64,000 nt of DNA from contig CM126215.1 in the NCBI GenBank assembly GCA_052327205.1, forward strand, positions 126,046,001-126,110,000, in the 5' to 3' direction. Shown here piece by piece: positions 48,932-62,546 of this stretch. Within the stretch, counting starts at the first letter, position 1; each line of letters opens with the position of its first letter. Below the pieces are notes generated by a model. It was not told where the DNA came from. It did no database searches and saw only the letters and a program-made list of their open reading frames with translations. A program made the translations under genes and the position numbers. The stretch is from Somniosus microcephalus (taxonomy: Eukaryota).

Positions 48932-49428
48932 ATAAGAACATAAGAAATAGGAGCAGGAGTCGGCCCTTCGAGCCTGCTCCGCCATTCAATGAGATCATGG
49001 CTGATCTTCTGCCTCAACTCCATTCACCGGCCCTATCGCCATATCCCTTGATGCCCTTACTAGTCAGAAATCTATCGACTTCTGTTTTGAATATACCCAA
49101 TGACTGAGCCTCCACAGCCCTGTGGGGTAGAGAGTCCAAAGATTCACCACCCTGTGTGTGAAGAAATTTCTTCTCATCTCAGTCCTGCCCTACCCATTAT
49201 CCTGAGGCTGTGGCCCTGGTTCTAGACTCCCCAGCCAAGGGAAACATTCTCCCAACATCCACCCTATCAAGCCCTGTAATAATTTTGTATGCTTCAATGA
49301 GATCCCCTCTCATTCTTCTGAATTCAAGAGAATACAGGCCTAGTTTACTCAATCTCTTCTCATACGACAGTCCCGCCATCCCAGGAATCAATCTCGTGAA
49401 CCTTCGTTGCACTCCCTCTATGGCAAGT
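48932..49428 (-). mobile_element. CR1 LINE 3' fragment
   Basis: QRRFTRLIPGMAGLSYE..RRMRGDLIE motif; AAGAACAT tail. Confidence 0.85.
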
Positions 49429-49474
49429 ATGAGAGAAAGAGAGAAAGAAAGTTAGACAGAGGAAGAGAAATAAG

Positions 49475-49895
49475 GAGAGACCTACATTTCTATAGCGCCT
49501 TTCACGACCTCAGGACGTCCCAAAGCGCTTTACAGCCAATGAAGTACTTTATGAAGTGTAGTCACTGTTGTAATGTGGGAAACACAGCAGCCAATTTGTG
49601 CACAGCAAGCTCCCATAAACAGCAATGTGATAAATGATCAGATCATCTGTTTTTAGTGATGTTGATTGAGGGATAAATATTGGCCAGGGCACCAGGGAGA
49701 ACTCTCCTGCTCTTCTTCAAAATAGTGCCTTGGGATCTTTTACATCCACCTGAGAGAGCAGTTTGATGTCTCATCCGAAAGACGGCACCTCCGACAGTGC
49801 AGTGCTCCCTCAGTACTGCACTGGGAGCGTCAGCCTAGATTAGGGGCTTGAGTGGGGCTTGGACCCCCGACCTTCTAACTTAGAGGTGAGAATGA
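49475..49895 (-). mobile_element. SacSINE1-like SINE
   Basis: Matches other copies. Confidence 0.78.
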
Positions 49896-50639
49896 GGGGG
49901 TGGTGGGGAGAGGAGGGGCCGAGGGGGGGAGAGAGAGAGAGGGTGAGAATCTCGCAATCACACAGGCCTGCCTCCATGAAGTCTTGAATGCAGTGCTTCT
50001 GTTTCTCCAGAAATAGCAAGAGACGTTTGACATGAACCTTCCCATAACGCCAATTGGATCGGACGTTTTCTCTGCCGTTCTGAGATTGAATACTCGCAGG
50101 GGCTGAGTTCTTATAAAGTCGAGGAATTTCAATGGTCCGAATAGTTCCCCATTACAATTGTACCTTCGACTAAAGACAAACTCCTGGTTCCGTCATCACC
50201 TCCGCTGAAACTGTAGAATTCCATTTGGACCCAATTAGATCGAACTGCGCGAGATCCAGCCAGGGCATGTCAATACAAAATCCCAAACTTTGCCTTAAGG
50301 GAATTCATCTCTTTTGTGTCATTAGTGTCAAGTTATTTTTTTTTGGAAGGGGTTTGGATCGTGTTGATTTATAAGTTGGCTGGTTTTACTCCGTGTCTCA
50401 TGGTAGTTTGACAGCTCTCTCATCTTGAGTCAGAAGGTTTTGAGGTTCAATTAGGGTTTCAGCTCATAACCTGGGCTGGCACTCTGCTGTAGTATTGAAA
50501 GAGTTGTTTGTATCTTCATGCCCTTCCCCTTTGGAGAACAGTGTGATGTAACGGAAGGATCCATGGGCTGACTAACAGTCTGACAGGGTGGCGTTCTTAT
50601 TGTTTTGTATCTTTACGCTCTTCCCTTGAAGAACACTGA

Positions 50640-51100
50640 AAAAAGAAAGAAGGACTTGCATTTATATAACGCCTTTCACCACCTCCGTACGTCCCAAAGT
50701 GATTTACAGCCAATGAAGTACTTTTTGAAGTACTGTTGTAATGAAGGCAATGTGACAGGCAGTTTGCGTACAACAAGCTCCCACAAACAGCGATGTGATA
50801 ATGACCAGATAATCTGTTTTAGTGATGTTGATTGAGGGATAAATATTGGCTCCAGGACACCGAGGATAACTCCCCATCTCTTCTTTGAAATAGCGGCCCT
50901 GGAATCTTTTACGTCCACCTGAGAGAGCAGACGGGGCCTTGGTTCAACATCTCATCTGAAAGACGGCACCTCTGACAATGCAGCACTCCCTCAGCACTGC
51001 ACTGGAGTGTTAGCCTACATTTTTGTGTTCAAGTCTCTGGAGTGGGACTTGAACCCACAACCTTCTGACACAGAGGCAGGGAATGCAACAACTGAGGCCA
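50640..51100 (-). mobile_element. SacSINE1-like SINE
   Basis: Matches other copies. Confidence 0.8.
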
Positions 51101-51284
51101 AGAGAGCACTCTATTTCGGAGGCAGATTGTTGCACAGTCTGCCTGATCTGATGGATGCTAACGATCCCATGGCCACTATTTCAAAGAAGATCAGGGGAGT
51201 TCTTCGGTGTCCTGGGGCCAATATTTACTGCCTGTATTAAAACAACACTCAGACTGGTCTCAGACTCCCATTCACAACCCGTAC

Positions 51285-51510
51285 GGTGGACGGTGGGGGT
51301 CTGGAACTCACTGCCTGAAAGGGTGGTAGAGGCAGAAACTCTCATCACATTTAAAAAGTACTTGGATTTGCACGTGAAGTGCCGTAACCTACAGGGCTAC
51401 GGACCAAGAGCTGGAAAGTGGGATTAGGCTGGAGAGCTCTTTCTCGGCCGGTACAGACACAATGGGCCGAATGGCCTCCTTCTGTGCCGTAAAGTTCTAT
51501 GACTCTATGT
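51285..51510 (+). mobile_element. CR1 3' end
   Basis: WNSLPERVVEA..FKKYLD..QGYG motif and CTATG tail. Confidence 0.8.
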
Positions 51511-52825
51511 TTTGGTTTCCTTCAGGTTTCTCCAAGCCCGTACGGAAAAAGAAAAAATAACAGTATCCAACTGTTGTGTTGTTTTGGAGTCAGTGGAAAG
51601 CTTTTGATTATTGCCAGTGAGCTACCGAGAGCCCTTAAGAATTCAGGAAGAAGGCAGGAGTTTGTTTCTTAATCGATACAAGCTCCCTCTGTCTTTCTCC
51701 TTAATGACGCGCTGTTGCTAAGCGAGCAGGGTTGAGCGGACGTACTATGCGAATGACTGTGGAGTGGAGAGAAGTGAGGTAGAAGCTTGAGGGAGAAACA
51801 CAGCGTCAGCAATGAATCACCCGCTCAGTTAAAATGAGCTATTTTGTTTTTATTTCTGTCCCCCCCCCCCCGCCCCCAACCTCACCCCCTTCTCCTCCCC
51901 TCCCCTCCCCTCTTCCCTCCTCTTCACTGTTGTTGAAACCCTCTTTGTTTTGGTTTCTTCCTTTCAAGGCCCCTTGTCAAAATGTCCTACGTCGTCCTTT
52001 CACCGAGAAGGTCAGACAACCGAGACTCCACTTAGAAAGACAAAACATGGGTTGGACTGTTATTCACGGAGCCAAATTACCAGCAATGTCAGGCTGGCTG
52101 AATAGCCCGCTTTTCAAACCCAATGATTAATACCTTCTGTTTTTTAAGAGGGTGAAGTTCAGTGGAAAAAAACCTCACACTTGTTTGAATCTGCCTTGCT
52201 GAAGGGATCCAGTATTGAGCGGTTAGTTTTTATTTAAAACAAATTACAGCCAAACTCTGAATGAAAGCAAGATGCAGGCCTCTCCACTTGGAGTTATGAA
52301 TTGTAGGCCTCTCTCTCTCGAGTTTGAGGTCATCCCAATTGTTCAGTGTGTTGTGCTTGTTTACTTTTAGCCTACTGCGCTGCTTCTGAACTGGGTGCCG
52401 AGCTAGCCTGACTCGAAGGTTCAGGGACAGGGTTAGGGTAAAAGGGGTCGCTCGCTGTCCACTTTAAGACAGATTCATTCAGAACCAGAAACTCCCCAGC
52501 TTGACTCCTGGCCTGCGCTGAATCCGCTGATTTCAGCAGTTAGTGTCCTGCAGTTGGGAGAAGTGGGGGGAGGCAGGGGGGTGGATATCAACAAGGGTTT
52601 GTTAGGTGCGCACTTGTTGATGTCCGGTGAGGTGACACACAAAGGTTTGGCTGTGAAAAGTCCTTTTGCAGCTAAACAGCTTATGACAGCCTTGGCAGAG
52701 AGGTAGCATTCTTGAGTCAGGAGATGGTGGGCTAAAGTCCCACTCCTGAGACCTGAGCGCACAATCCAGGCCGACACTCCCCGGTGCCAGTACTGAGGGA
52801 GCGCTGCACTGTCAGAAGTGCCGTA

Positions 52826-53377
52826 TGTCATGAATCTTACCATTCATGTAGAAATGACTCATGAGATAACACTGGGCGGCCAGCTGGTGGTGCCGTCCAA
52901 GGAAAGCATAAATACTCGGGCGTGGGCCCAGCTTGCTCAGGATGTTTTTGTAACCAGGAACTAGTGATGTACAGGAAACTTTCGATTTACCGGCACCTAA
53001 ATAACCGGAAATCTCGGTTAACCGGCAAAATTCAGGAGTAGGTTCAGGTAACTTTTATTACTTGCCTTCCTCCATTTGTTGCTGTGCAAGGGTGTGGCTG
53101 CAGCTGTTGCTAAGCTACAGAGACGCTTGCAACTTGTGGCCATTGTTCTGAAGCTGTTGCTAAGCAACAGCATTTGTTGCTTTATACGGAGCTCTCAGCT
53201 CCGTATCTTTCACTATAGCTTTCGGTTATCCGGAATTTTTGATGAACCGGCACCACGTCGGTCCTGTCCGTGCCAGATAAAAAAAAGTTTCCTGTAACTA
53301 GAGCTCATGGTTGTGAAACAGTTGATTAAAGCCTTGTTTTACACTCAAACCAAATGCTTAGTAGTTTTCTTACGTCA
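52826..53377 (+). mobile_element. Solo LTR (same family as 25451-25681), interrupted by a MITE
   Basis: TG...CA, TSD CCGTA/CCGTC, internal CATAAATA and ATTAAA motifs. Confidence 0.75.
52972..53294. mobile_element. Tc1/mariner-type MITE
   Basis: TIR CAGGAAACTTT/AAAGTTTCCTG, TA TSD; homologous to 9628-10001. Confidence 0.85.
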
Positions 53378-53616
53378 CCGTCTTTTGGATGAGACGTTAA
53401 ACCGAGGCCCCGTCTGCTCTCTCAGGTAGACGTAAAAGATCCCACGGCCACTATTTAGAAGAAGAGCAGGGGAGTTCTCGACATTATCCTTCAACCAACA
53501 TCACTAAAACAGATGACCTGGTCATTATCACATTGCTTGTGGGAGCTTGCTGTGCGCAAATTGGCTGCTGCGTTTCCTACACTATAACAGTGACCACACT
53601 CCAAAAAAAGTACTTT

Positions 53617-54012
53617 AGCAAAATACTGCGGATGTTGGAAATCCGAAATAACAACAGAAAATGCTGGAAAAACTCAGCAGGTCAGGCAACATCCGTGGAC
53701 AGAAATTTGAGTTGACGTTTCGGGTCGAACCCTTCTTCAAAACTGGAAAGAAAAGATAGATCGGAGGCAGGGCTGCAATCGGACAAAAGAATAAAAGAAA
53801 CAAAAGAAGTAAAAAAGAGACAATAAAAGGTGTTAGAAGCTAGACGAGATGGTAATAGGCTGAGATTGGGTGTAAAGTGTACTGGCAGGGCAAGGGATAG
53901 CTGCCAGGTGTGAGATTTGAAGAAGGGTTCGACTCGAAACGTCAACTCAAATTTCTGTCCACGGATGTTGCCTGACCTGCTGAGTTTTTCCAGCATTTCC
54001 TGTTGTTATTTC
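53617..54012. mobile_element. Penelope-like element remnant with ~97-bp inverted terminal repeat
   Basis: 53645-53741 is the reverse complement of 53916-54012; contains a TGAAGA...CGAAAC hammerhead-like core. Confidence 0.65.
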
Positions 54013-54776
54013 CAAAAAAATTACTTCATTGGCTATAAAGTGCTTTGGGACATCCAGTGGATGCAAGCTCTTCCTTTCTTGGTTAAGGTTCGCTGCCTCT
54101 GCCTCGGCCCACACATGCAGAAAGACCACTTGGATGCCGTACTGAGGACAAGATGCTCCTCCTGGAACTGTACCCCAGCTCGAGTCAGCAGCGAGAAGAG
54201 AGAAGCTCAGTAAAGAGAGGAAAAATACAGTTGGAAAAAAAAATCTGTTGCCATAGCATAACTCCTCAGAAATAAACTTGGATCCCATCAAACAAAATGT
54301 ATATTAGGACCCAAGGGGAGAGAGGCGAATGGTGACCTTCTTCTTGGCTTGCAATGTTGTGGAGTAGACATAAATTACACTGTGCCAAAAATAACTTTTA
54401 TACTTAGCAACATCTTCTCTTTCAAAACTAGTTTTCTTAAAAGCTGAAGGGGTCCAAGAACAATATTCTCTTTGGTTGAAGACATCTCAGTCTCCACTTT
54501 CCTTCCACCAAGTGAAGTACGATCCCCTTTGACCTTTTCACATCTCACACCAGCTACTCCCGCAGCGGGTATGCGCTTCAAGTCCTTTATCCTCACCATC
54601 TGATGCCTCCACTAGATCACTCCACCCTACCCCAGCAACCTCCTTCATGCCCATGTGTCCACTCGCACCCTTCAATTGACAGAGGTTATCTATGCCTTTT
54701 TCCCCATCCATTTCATTCCACCATTCATAGCCGCTCTTTTCTACCACCCCACTCTGTCATAATCATTCCATCCCAA

Positions 54777-57700
54777 ACACTGTCCCATCAAACACTCCCA
54801 GGGCAGGTACAGCACGGGTTAGATACAGAGTAAAGCTCCCTCTACACTGTCCCATCAAACACTCCCAGGGCAGGTACAGCACGGGTTAGATACAGAGTAA
54901 AGCTCCCTCTACACTGTCCCATCAAACACTCCCAGGGCAGGTACAGCACGGGTTAGATACAGAGTAAAGCTCCCTCTACACTGTCCCATCAAACACTCCC
55001 AGGGCAGGTACAGCACGGGTTAGATACAGAGTAAAGCTCCCTCTACACTGTCCCATCAAACACTCCCAGGGCAGGTACAGCATGGGTTAGATACAGAGTA
55101 AAGCTCCCCCTACACTGCCCCATTAAACACTCCCAGGACAGGGACAGCACGGGTTAGATACAGAGTAAAGCTCCCTCTACACTGTCCCATCAAACACTCC
55201 CAGGGCAGCTACAGCACGGGTTAGATACAGAGTAAAGCTCCCTCTACACTGACCCATCAAAGATTCCCAGGAGCAGGAAGAGCATGGGTTAGATACAGAG
55301 TAAAGCTCCCTCTACACTGACCCACCAAACACTCCCAGGGCAGGTACAGCACAGGTTAGATACAGAGTAAAGCTCCTTCTACACTGTCCCCATCAAACAC
55401 TCCCAGGGCAGGTACAGCACGGGTTAGATACAGAGTAAAGCTCCCTCTACACTGTCCCATCAAACACTCCCAGGGCAGGTACAGCACGGGGTTAGATACA
55501 GAGTAAAGCTCCCTCTACACTGTCCCATCAAACACTCCCAGGGCAGGTACAGCACGGGTTAGATACAGAGTAAAGCTCCCTCTGCACTGTCCCATCAAAC
55601 ACTCCCAGGGCAGGTACAGCACGGGTTAGATACAGAGTAAAGCTCCCTCTACACTGTCCCATCAAACACTCCCAGGGCAGGTACAGCACGGGTTAGATAC
55701 AGAGTAAAGCTCCCTCTACACTGTCCCATCAAACACTCCCAGGGCAGGTACAGCACGGGTTAGATACAGAGTAAAGCTCCCTCTGCACTGTCCCATCAAA
55801 CACTCCCAGGACAGGTACAGCACGGGTTAGATACAGAGTAAAGCTCCCTCTACACTTTCCCATCAAACACTCCCAGTGCAGGTACAGCATGGGTTAGATA
55901 CAGAGTAAAGCTCCCTCTACGCTGTCCCATCAAACACTCCCAGGGCAGGTACAGCACGGGGTTAGATACAGAGTAAAGCTCCCTCTACACTGTCCCATCA
56001 AACACTCCCAGGGCAGGTACAGCACGGGTTAGATACAGAGTAAAGCTCGCTCTACACTGTCCCATCAAACACTCCCAGGGCAGGTACAGTACGGGTTAGA
56101 TACAGAGTAAAGCTCCCTCTACACTGTCCCATCAAACACTCCCAGGGCAGGTACAGCTCAGGTTAGATACAGAGTAAAGCTCCCTCTACACTGTCCCATC
56201 AAACACTCCCAGGGCAGGTACAGCACGGGTTAGATACAGAGTAAAGCTCCCTCTACACTGTCCCATCAAACACTCCCAGGGCAGGTACAGCACGGGTTAG
56301 ATACAGAGTAAAGCTCCCTCTACACTGTCCCATCAAACACTCCCAGGGCAGGTACAGCACGGGGTTAGATACAGAGTAAAGCTCCCTCTACACTGTCCCC
56401 ATCAAACACTCCCAGGGCAGGTACAGCACGGGTTAGATACAGAGTAAAGCTCCCTCTACACTGTCCCGTCAAACACTCCCAGGGCAGGTACAGCACGGGT
56501 TAGATACAGAGTAAAGCTCCCTCTACACTGTCCCATCAAACACTCCCAGGGCAGGTACAGCACGGGTTAGATACAGAGTAAAGCTCCCTCTACACTGTCC
56601 CATCAAACACTCCCAGGGCAGGTACAGCACGGGTTAGATACAGAGTAAAGCTCCCTCTACACTGTCCCATCAAACACTCCCAGGGCAGGTACAGCACGGG
56701 TTAGATACAGAGTAAAGCTCCCTCTACACTGCCCCATCAAACACTCCCAGGGCAGGTACAGCACGGGTTAGATACAGAGTAAAGCTCCCTCTACACTGTC
56801 CCATCAAACACTCCCAGGGCAGGTACAGCACGGGTTAGATACAGAGTAAAGCTCCCTCTACACTGTCCCATCAAACACTCCCAGGGCAGGTACAGCACGG
56901 GTTAGATACAGAGTAAAGCTCGCTCTACACTGTCCCATCAAACACTCCCAGGGCAGGTACAGTACGGGTTAGATACAGAGTAAAGCTCCCTCTACACTGT
57001 CCCATCAAACACTCCCAGGGCAGGTACAGCTCAGGTTAGATACAGAGTAAAGCTCCCTCTACACTGTCCCATCAAACACTCCCAGGGCAGGTACAGCACG
57101 GGTTAGATACAGAGTAAAGCTCCCTCTACACTGTCCCATCAAACACTCCCAGGGCAGGTACAGCACGGGTTAGATACAGAGTAAAGCTCCCTCTACACTG
57201 TCCCATCAAACACTCCCAGGGCAGGTACAGCACGGGGTTAGATACAGAGTAAAGCTCCCTCTACACTGTCCCCATCAAACACTCCCAGGGCAGGTACAGC
57301 ACGGGTTAGATACAGAGTAAAGCTCCCTCTACACTGTCCCGTCAAACACTCCCAGGGCAGGTACAGCACGGGTTAGATACAGAGTAAAGCTCCCTCTACA
57401 CTGTCCCATCAAACACTCCCAGGGCAGGTACAGCACGGGTTAGATACAGAGTAAAGCTCCCTCTACACTGTCCCATCAAACACTCCCAGGGCAGGTACAG
57501 CACGGGTTAGATACAGAGTAAAGCTCCCTCTACACTGTCCCATCAAACACTCCCAGGGCAGGTACAGCACGGGTTAGATACAGAGTAAAGCTCCCTCTAC
57601 ACTGCCCCATCAAACACTCCCAGGGCAGGTACAGCACGGGTTAGATACAGAGTAAAGCTCCCTCTACACTGTCCCATCAAACACTCCCAGGGCAGGTACA

Positions 57701-60399
57701 GCACGGGTTAGATACAGAGTAAAGCTCCCTCTACACTGTCCCATCAAACACTCCCAGGGCAGGTACAGCACGGGTTAGATACAGAGTAAAGCTCCCTCTA
57801 CACTGTCCCATCAAACACTCCCAGGGCAGGTACAGCACGGGTTAGATACAGAGTAAAGCTCCCTCTACACTGTCCCATCACACACTCCCAGGGCAGGTAC
57901 AGCACGGGTTAGATACAGAGTAAAGCTCCCTCTACACTATCCCATCACACACTCCCAGGGCAGGTACAGCACGGGTTAGATACAGAGTAAAGATCCCTCT
58001 ACACTATCCCATCAAACACTCCCAGGGCAGGTACAGCATGGGTTAGATACAGAGTAAAGCTCCCTCTACACTGTCCCATCAAACACTCCCAGGGCAGGTA
58101 CAGCACGGGCTAGATACAGAGTAAAGCTCCCTCTACACTGTCCCATCAAACACTCCCAGGGCAGGTAGAGCACGGGTTAGATACAGAGTAAAGCTCCCTC
58201 TACACTGTCCCATCAAACACTCCCAGGGCAGGTACAGCACGGGTTAGATACAGAGTAAAGCTCCCTCTACACTGTCCCATCAAACACTCCCAGGGCAGGT
58301 ACAGCACGGGTTAGATACAGAGTAAAGCTCCCTCTACACTGTCCCATCAAACACTCCCAGGGCAGGTACAGCACGGGTTAGATACAGAGTAAAGCTCCCT
58401 CTACACTGTCCCATCAAACACTCCCAGGGCAGGTACAGCACGGGGTTAGATACAGAGTAAAGCTCCCTCTACACTGTCCCCATCAAACACTCCCAGGGCA
58501 GGTACAGCACGGGTTAGATACAGAGTAAAGCTCCCTCTACACTGTCCCGTCAAACACTCCCAGGGCAGGTACAGCACGGGTTAGATACAGAGTAAAGCTC
58601 CCTCTACACTGTCCCATCAAACACTCCCAGGGCAGGTACAGCACGGGTTAGATACAGAGTAAAGCTCCCTCTACACTGTCCCATCAAACACTCCCAGGGC
58701 AGGTACAGCACGGGTTAGATACAGAGTAAAGCTCCCTCTACACTGTCCCATCAAACACTCCCAGGGCAGGTACAGCACGGGTTAGATACAGAGTAAAGCT
58801 CCCTCTACACTGCCCCATCAAACACTCCCAGGGCAGGTACAGCACGGGTTAGATACAGAGTAAAGCTCCCTCTACACTGTCCCATCAAACACTCCCAGGG
58901 CAGGTACAGCACGGGTTAGATACAGAGTAAAGCTCCCTCTACACTGTCCCATCAAACACTCCCAGGGCAGGTACAGCACGGGTTAGATACAGAGTAAAGC
59001 TCCCTCTACACTGTCCCATCAAACACTCCCAGGGCAGGTACAGCACGGGTTAGATACAGAGTAAAGCTCCCTCTACACTGTCCCCATCAAACACTCCCAG
59101 GGCAGGTACAGCACGGGTTAGATACAGAGTAAAGCTCCCTCTACACTGTCCCGTCAAACACTCCCAGGGCAGGTACAGCACGGGTTAGATACAGAGTAAA
59201 GCTCCCTCTACACTGTCCCGTCAAACACTCCCAGGGCAGGTACAGCACGGGTTAGATACAGAGTAAAGCTCCCTCTACACTGTCCCATCAAACACTCCCA
59301 GGGCAGGTACAGCACGGGTTAGATACAGAGTAAAGCTCCCTCTACACTGTCCCATCAAACACTCCCAGGGCAGGTATAGCATGGGTTAGATACAGAGTAA
59401 AGCTCCCTCTACACTGTCCCATCAAACACTCCCAGGGCAGGTATAGCATGGGTTCGATACAAAGTAAAGCTCCCTCTACACTGCCCCATCAAACACTCCC
59501 AGGGCAGGTACAGCACGGGTTAGATACAGAGTAAAGCTCCCTCTGCACTGTCCCATCAAACACTCCCAGGGCAGGTACAGCACGGGTTAGATACAGAGTA
59601 AAGCTCCCTCTGCACTGTCCCATCAAACACTCCCAGGGCAGGTACAGCACGGGTTAGATACAGAGTAAAGCTCCCTCTACACTGTCCCATCAAACACTCC
59701 CAGGGCAGGTACAGCACGGGTTAGATACAGAGTAAAGCTCCCTCTACACTGTCCCATCAAACACTCCCAGGGCAGGTACAGCACGGGTTAGATACAGAGT
59801 AAAGCTCCCTCTACACTGTCCCATCAAACACTCCCAGGGCAGGTACAGCATGGGTTAGATACAGAGTAAAGCTCCCTCTACACTGTCCCATCAAACACTC
59901 CCAGGGCAGGTACAGCACGGGTTAGATACAGAGTAAAGCTCCCTCTACACTGCCCCATCAAACACTCCCAGGGCAGGTACAGCACGGGTTAGATACAGCG
60001 TAAAGCTCCCAGTACACTGTCCCATCAAACACTCCCAGGGCAGGTACAGCACGGGTTAGATACAGAGTAAAGCTCCCTCTACACTGTCCCATCAAACACT
60101 CCCAGGGCAGGTACAGCACGGGTTAGATACAGAGTAAAGCTCCCTCTACACTGTCCCATCAAACACTCCCAGGGCAGGTACAGCATGGGTTAGATACAGA
60201 GTAAAGCTCCCTCTACACTGTCCCATCAAACACTCCCAGGGCAGGTACAGCACGGGTTAGATACAGAGTAAAGCTCCCTCTACACTGTCCCATCAAACAC
60301 TCCCAGGGCAGGTACAGCACGGGTTAGATACAGAGTAAAGCTCCCTCTACACTGTCCCATCAAACACTCCCAGGGCAGGTACAGCACGGGGTAGATACA
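54777..60399 (+). repeat. 67-bp satellite array 2 (~84 copies)
   Basis: Same unit and orientation as array 1, highly homogeneous. Confidence 0.97.
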
Positions 60400-60833
60400 G
60401 CTCTCGCTATGCTGCAGAGTTCAGACAATACTGTACAGTTCCGGACAACCTGCATGATATAAATGAGTTTACAAGCCCGAGACGGGGGCAGCTTTTAGAT
60501 TGCAAATATATCACAATCCTGTTTTCTGTCTTTATAAAAGGTCACAGCAGTTAAGAATAAACCTGGGGTTTGAGCAGTGGTTCTGGAGGGTGGAAGATAG
60601 TGGGATAATCCAATGCCTCCAAATGTCAGCTGGCAGCAACCAGAAACAGAAAGAGCTTCCACTAGTCTTATGTGTTGGCATCAGCATTTCCTTTTAACTT
60701 TAAACTCTGACCTCTCTCTCTTTCTCTGCCCCTTTATATCTGTCTCTCTGTCTGTCCCTCCATCTTGCTTCCTCTCTCTCTCTCTATCCCCCTCCCTTTC
60801 TGTTTCTCCCCCTTTCCTTCTCTTTCTTTCTCA

Positions 60834-61280
60834 GTGTCAGCTGTGACTCAGTTGGTAGCACACTCGCGTCTGCGTCAGAAGGTTGTGGCGCACATAAATC
60901 TAGGCTGACACTCCAGTGCAGTGCTGAGGGAGCGCTGCACTGTCTGAGGTGCCGTCTTTTGGATGAGACGTTAAACCAAGGCCCCGTCTGCTCCCTCAGG
61001 TGGAAGTAAAAGATCCCACAGCACTGTTTCGAAGAAGAGCAGGGGAGTTCTCTCCCCAGTGTCCTGGGCCAATATTTATCCCTCAACTAACATAACAAAA
61101 ACAGATGATCTGGTCATTATCACATTGCTGTTTGTGGGAGCTTGCTGTGTGCAAATTGGCTGCTGCGTTTCCTACATTACAACAGTGACCACACTTCAAA
61201 AAGCACTTCATTGGCTGTAAAGCGCTTTGGGACGTCTGGTGGTCGTGAAAGGCGCTATAGAAATGCAAGTCTTTCTTTTC
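60834..61280 (+). mobile_element. SacSINE1-like SINE
   Basis: Matches other copies. Confidence 0.82.
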
Positions 61281-61695
61281 TCTCCCTTTCTGTCTGTCTC
61301 TGCCTTTCTCTATACCTCCCCCCTCTCTCTTCCTCCTCTCTCTCTTTCTGCCACTCTCCTTCCCACACTCTCTCTCCCCCTCCTCCTCTTTCTCTCTCTC
61401 TCATGTTCATTAATACCTCGTATTCTTTGCTTTAGTCAAAATTTTCCCCCCAAATCAAGAATGGTTACTTGGTATTCATTACAAACTCATGTGCAGTGCA
61501 TATTTTTTCAGGTATTTCCTCCCTTCCTCTCCTATTCTATCCTGCTGAGTACAATTGCATGGGTTTCAGCATCCTTCTGCACCATTCCCAAGGGGCCTTC
61601 TCCACACTCGAGCTTGGGTACTGAGCGTTGGCGGATCATTTGATCATGAGAGGATTGCGAGTCGCTCCCCATCCCCATCCCGCCCTTAACCTTAA

Positions 61696-62110
61696 GTGTC
61701 AGCTGTGGCTCAGTGGGCAGCACCCTCGCCTCGGAGTCAGAAGGTTGTGGGTTCAAGCCCCACTCCAGGGACTGAGCACAAAAACCCAGGCTGACACTCC
61801 CAGTGCAGTGCTGAGGGAGTGCCGCACTGTCGGAGGTGCTGTCTTTCTGATGAGATGTTAAACCCAGGCCCCGTCTGCTCTCTCAAGTGGATGTGAAATT
61901 TCCCATGGCCACTATTTCAAAGAAGGGCAGGGGAGCTCTCCCCGGTGTTCCGCAGCCAATATTTATCCTTCAACAAACATCACTAAAACAGATTATCTGG
62001 TCGTTATCACAGTGCTGTTTGTGGGAGCTTGCTGTGCGCAAATTGGCTGCTGGGTTTCCTACATTACAACAGTGACTACACTTCAAAAAGTACTTCATTG
62101 GCTGTGAAGC
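61696..62110 (+). mobile_element. SacSINE1-like SINE
   Basis: Matches other copies; tail cut by a CR1 fragment. Confidence 0.82.
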
Positions 62111-62546
62111 TTATTCAGCCTCCCCTTAAATGCATCGATACTATTCGCCTCAACCACTCCCTGTGGCAGCGAGTTCCACATTCTCACCACTCTCTGGGTA
62201 AAGAAGTTTCTCCTGAATTCCCTATTGGATTTATTGGTGACTATCTTATATTGATGGCCTCTAGTTATGCTCTTCCCCACAAGTGGAATCATTCTCTCTG
62301 TATCCGCTCTATCAAAACCTTTCATCATTTTAATGACCTCTATTAGGTCACCCCTCAGCTTTCTCTTTCCAAGAGAAAAGGGACCCAGCCTGTTCATCCT
62401 TTCCTGACCCTCGCATTTCTGGTATCATCCTTGTAAATCTTGTTTGCACCCTTTCCCCAGTGCCTCTATATCTTTTTTCTAATATGGCAACCAGATTTGT
62501 ACGCAGTACTCCAAGTGCGGTCTAACTAAGGTTCGATACAAGTTTC
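62111..62546 (-). mobile_element. CR1 LINE fragment
   Basis: LRGDLIEV..TRGH..RRNFFTQRVVRMWNSLP motif. Confidence 0.85.

Larger units (their letters stand above)
52685..54075 (+). mobile_element. SacSINE1-like SINE hosting a solo LTR, a MITE and a Penelope-like insert
   Basis: Pieces 52685-52825, 53378-53615 and ~54013-54075 are colinear with the consensus. Confidence 0.78.

Noticed and set aside
54777-60399. CRISPR-like regular array
   Set aside because: Monomers are contiguous with no unique spacers, there are no cas genes, and the context is eukaryotic; it is a satellite.
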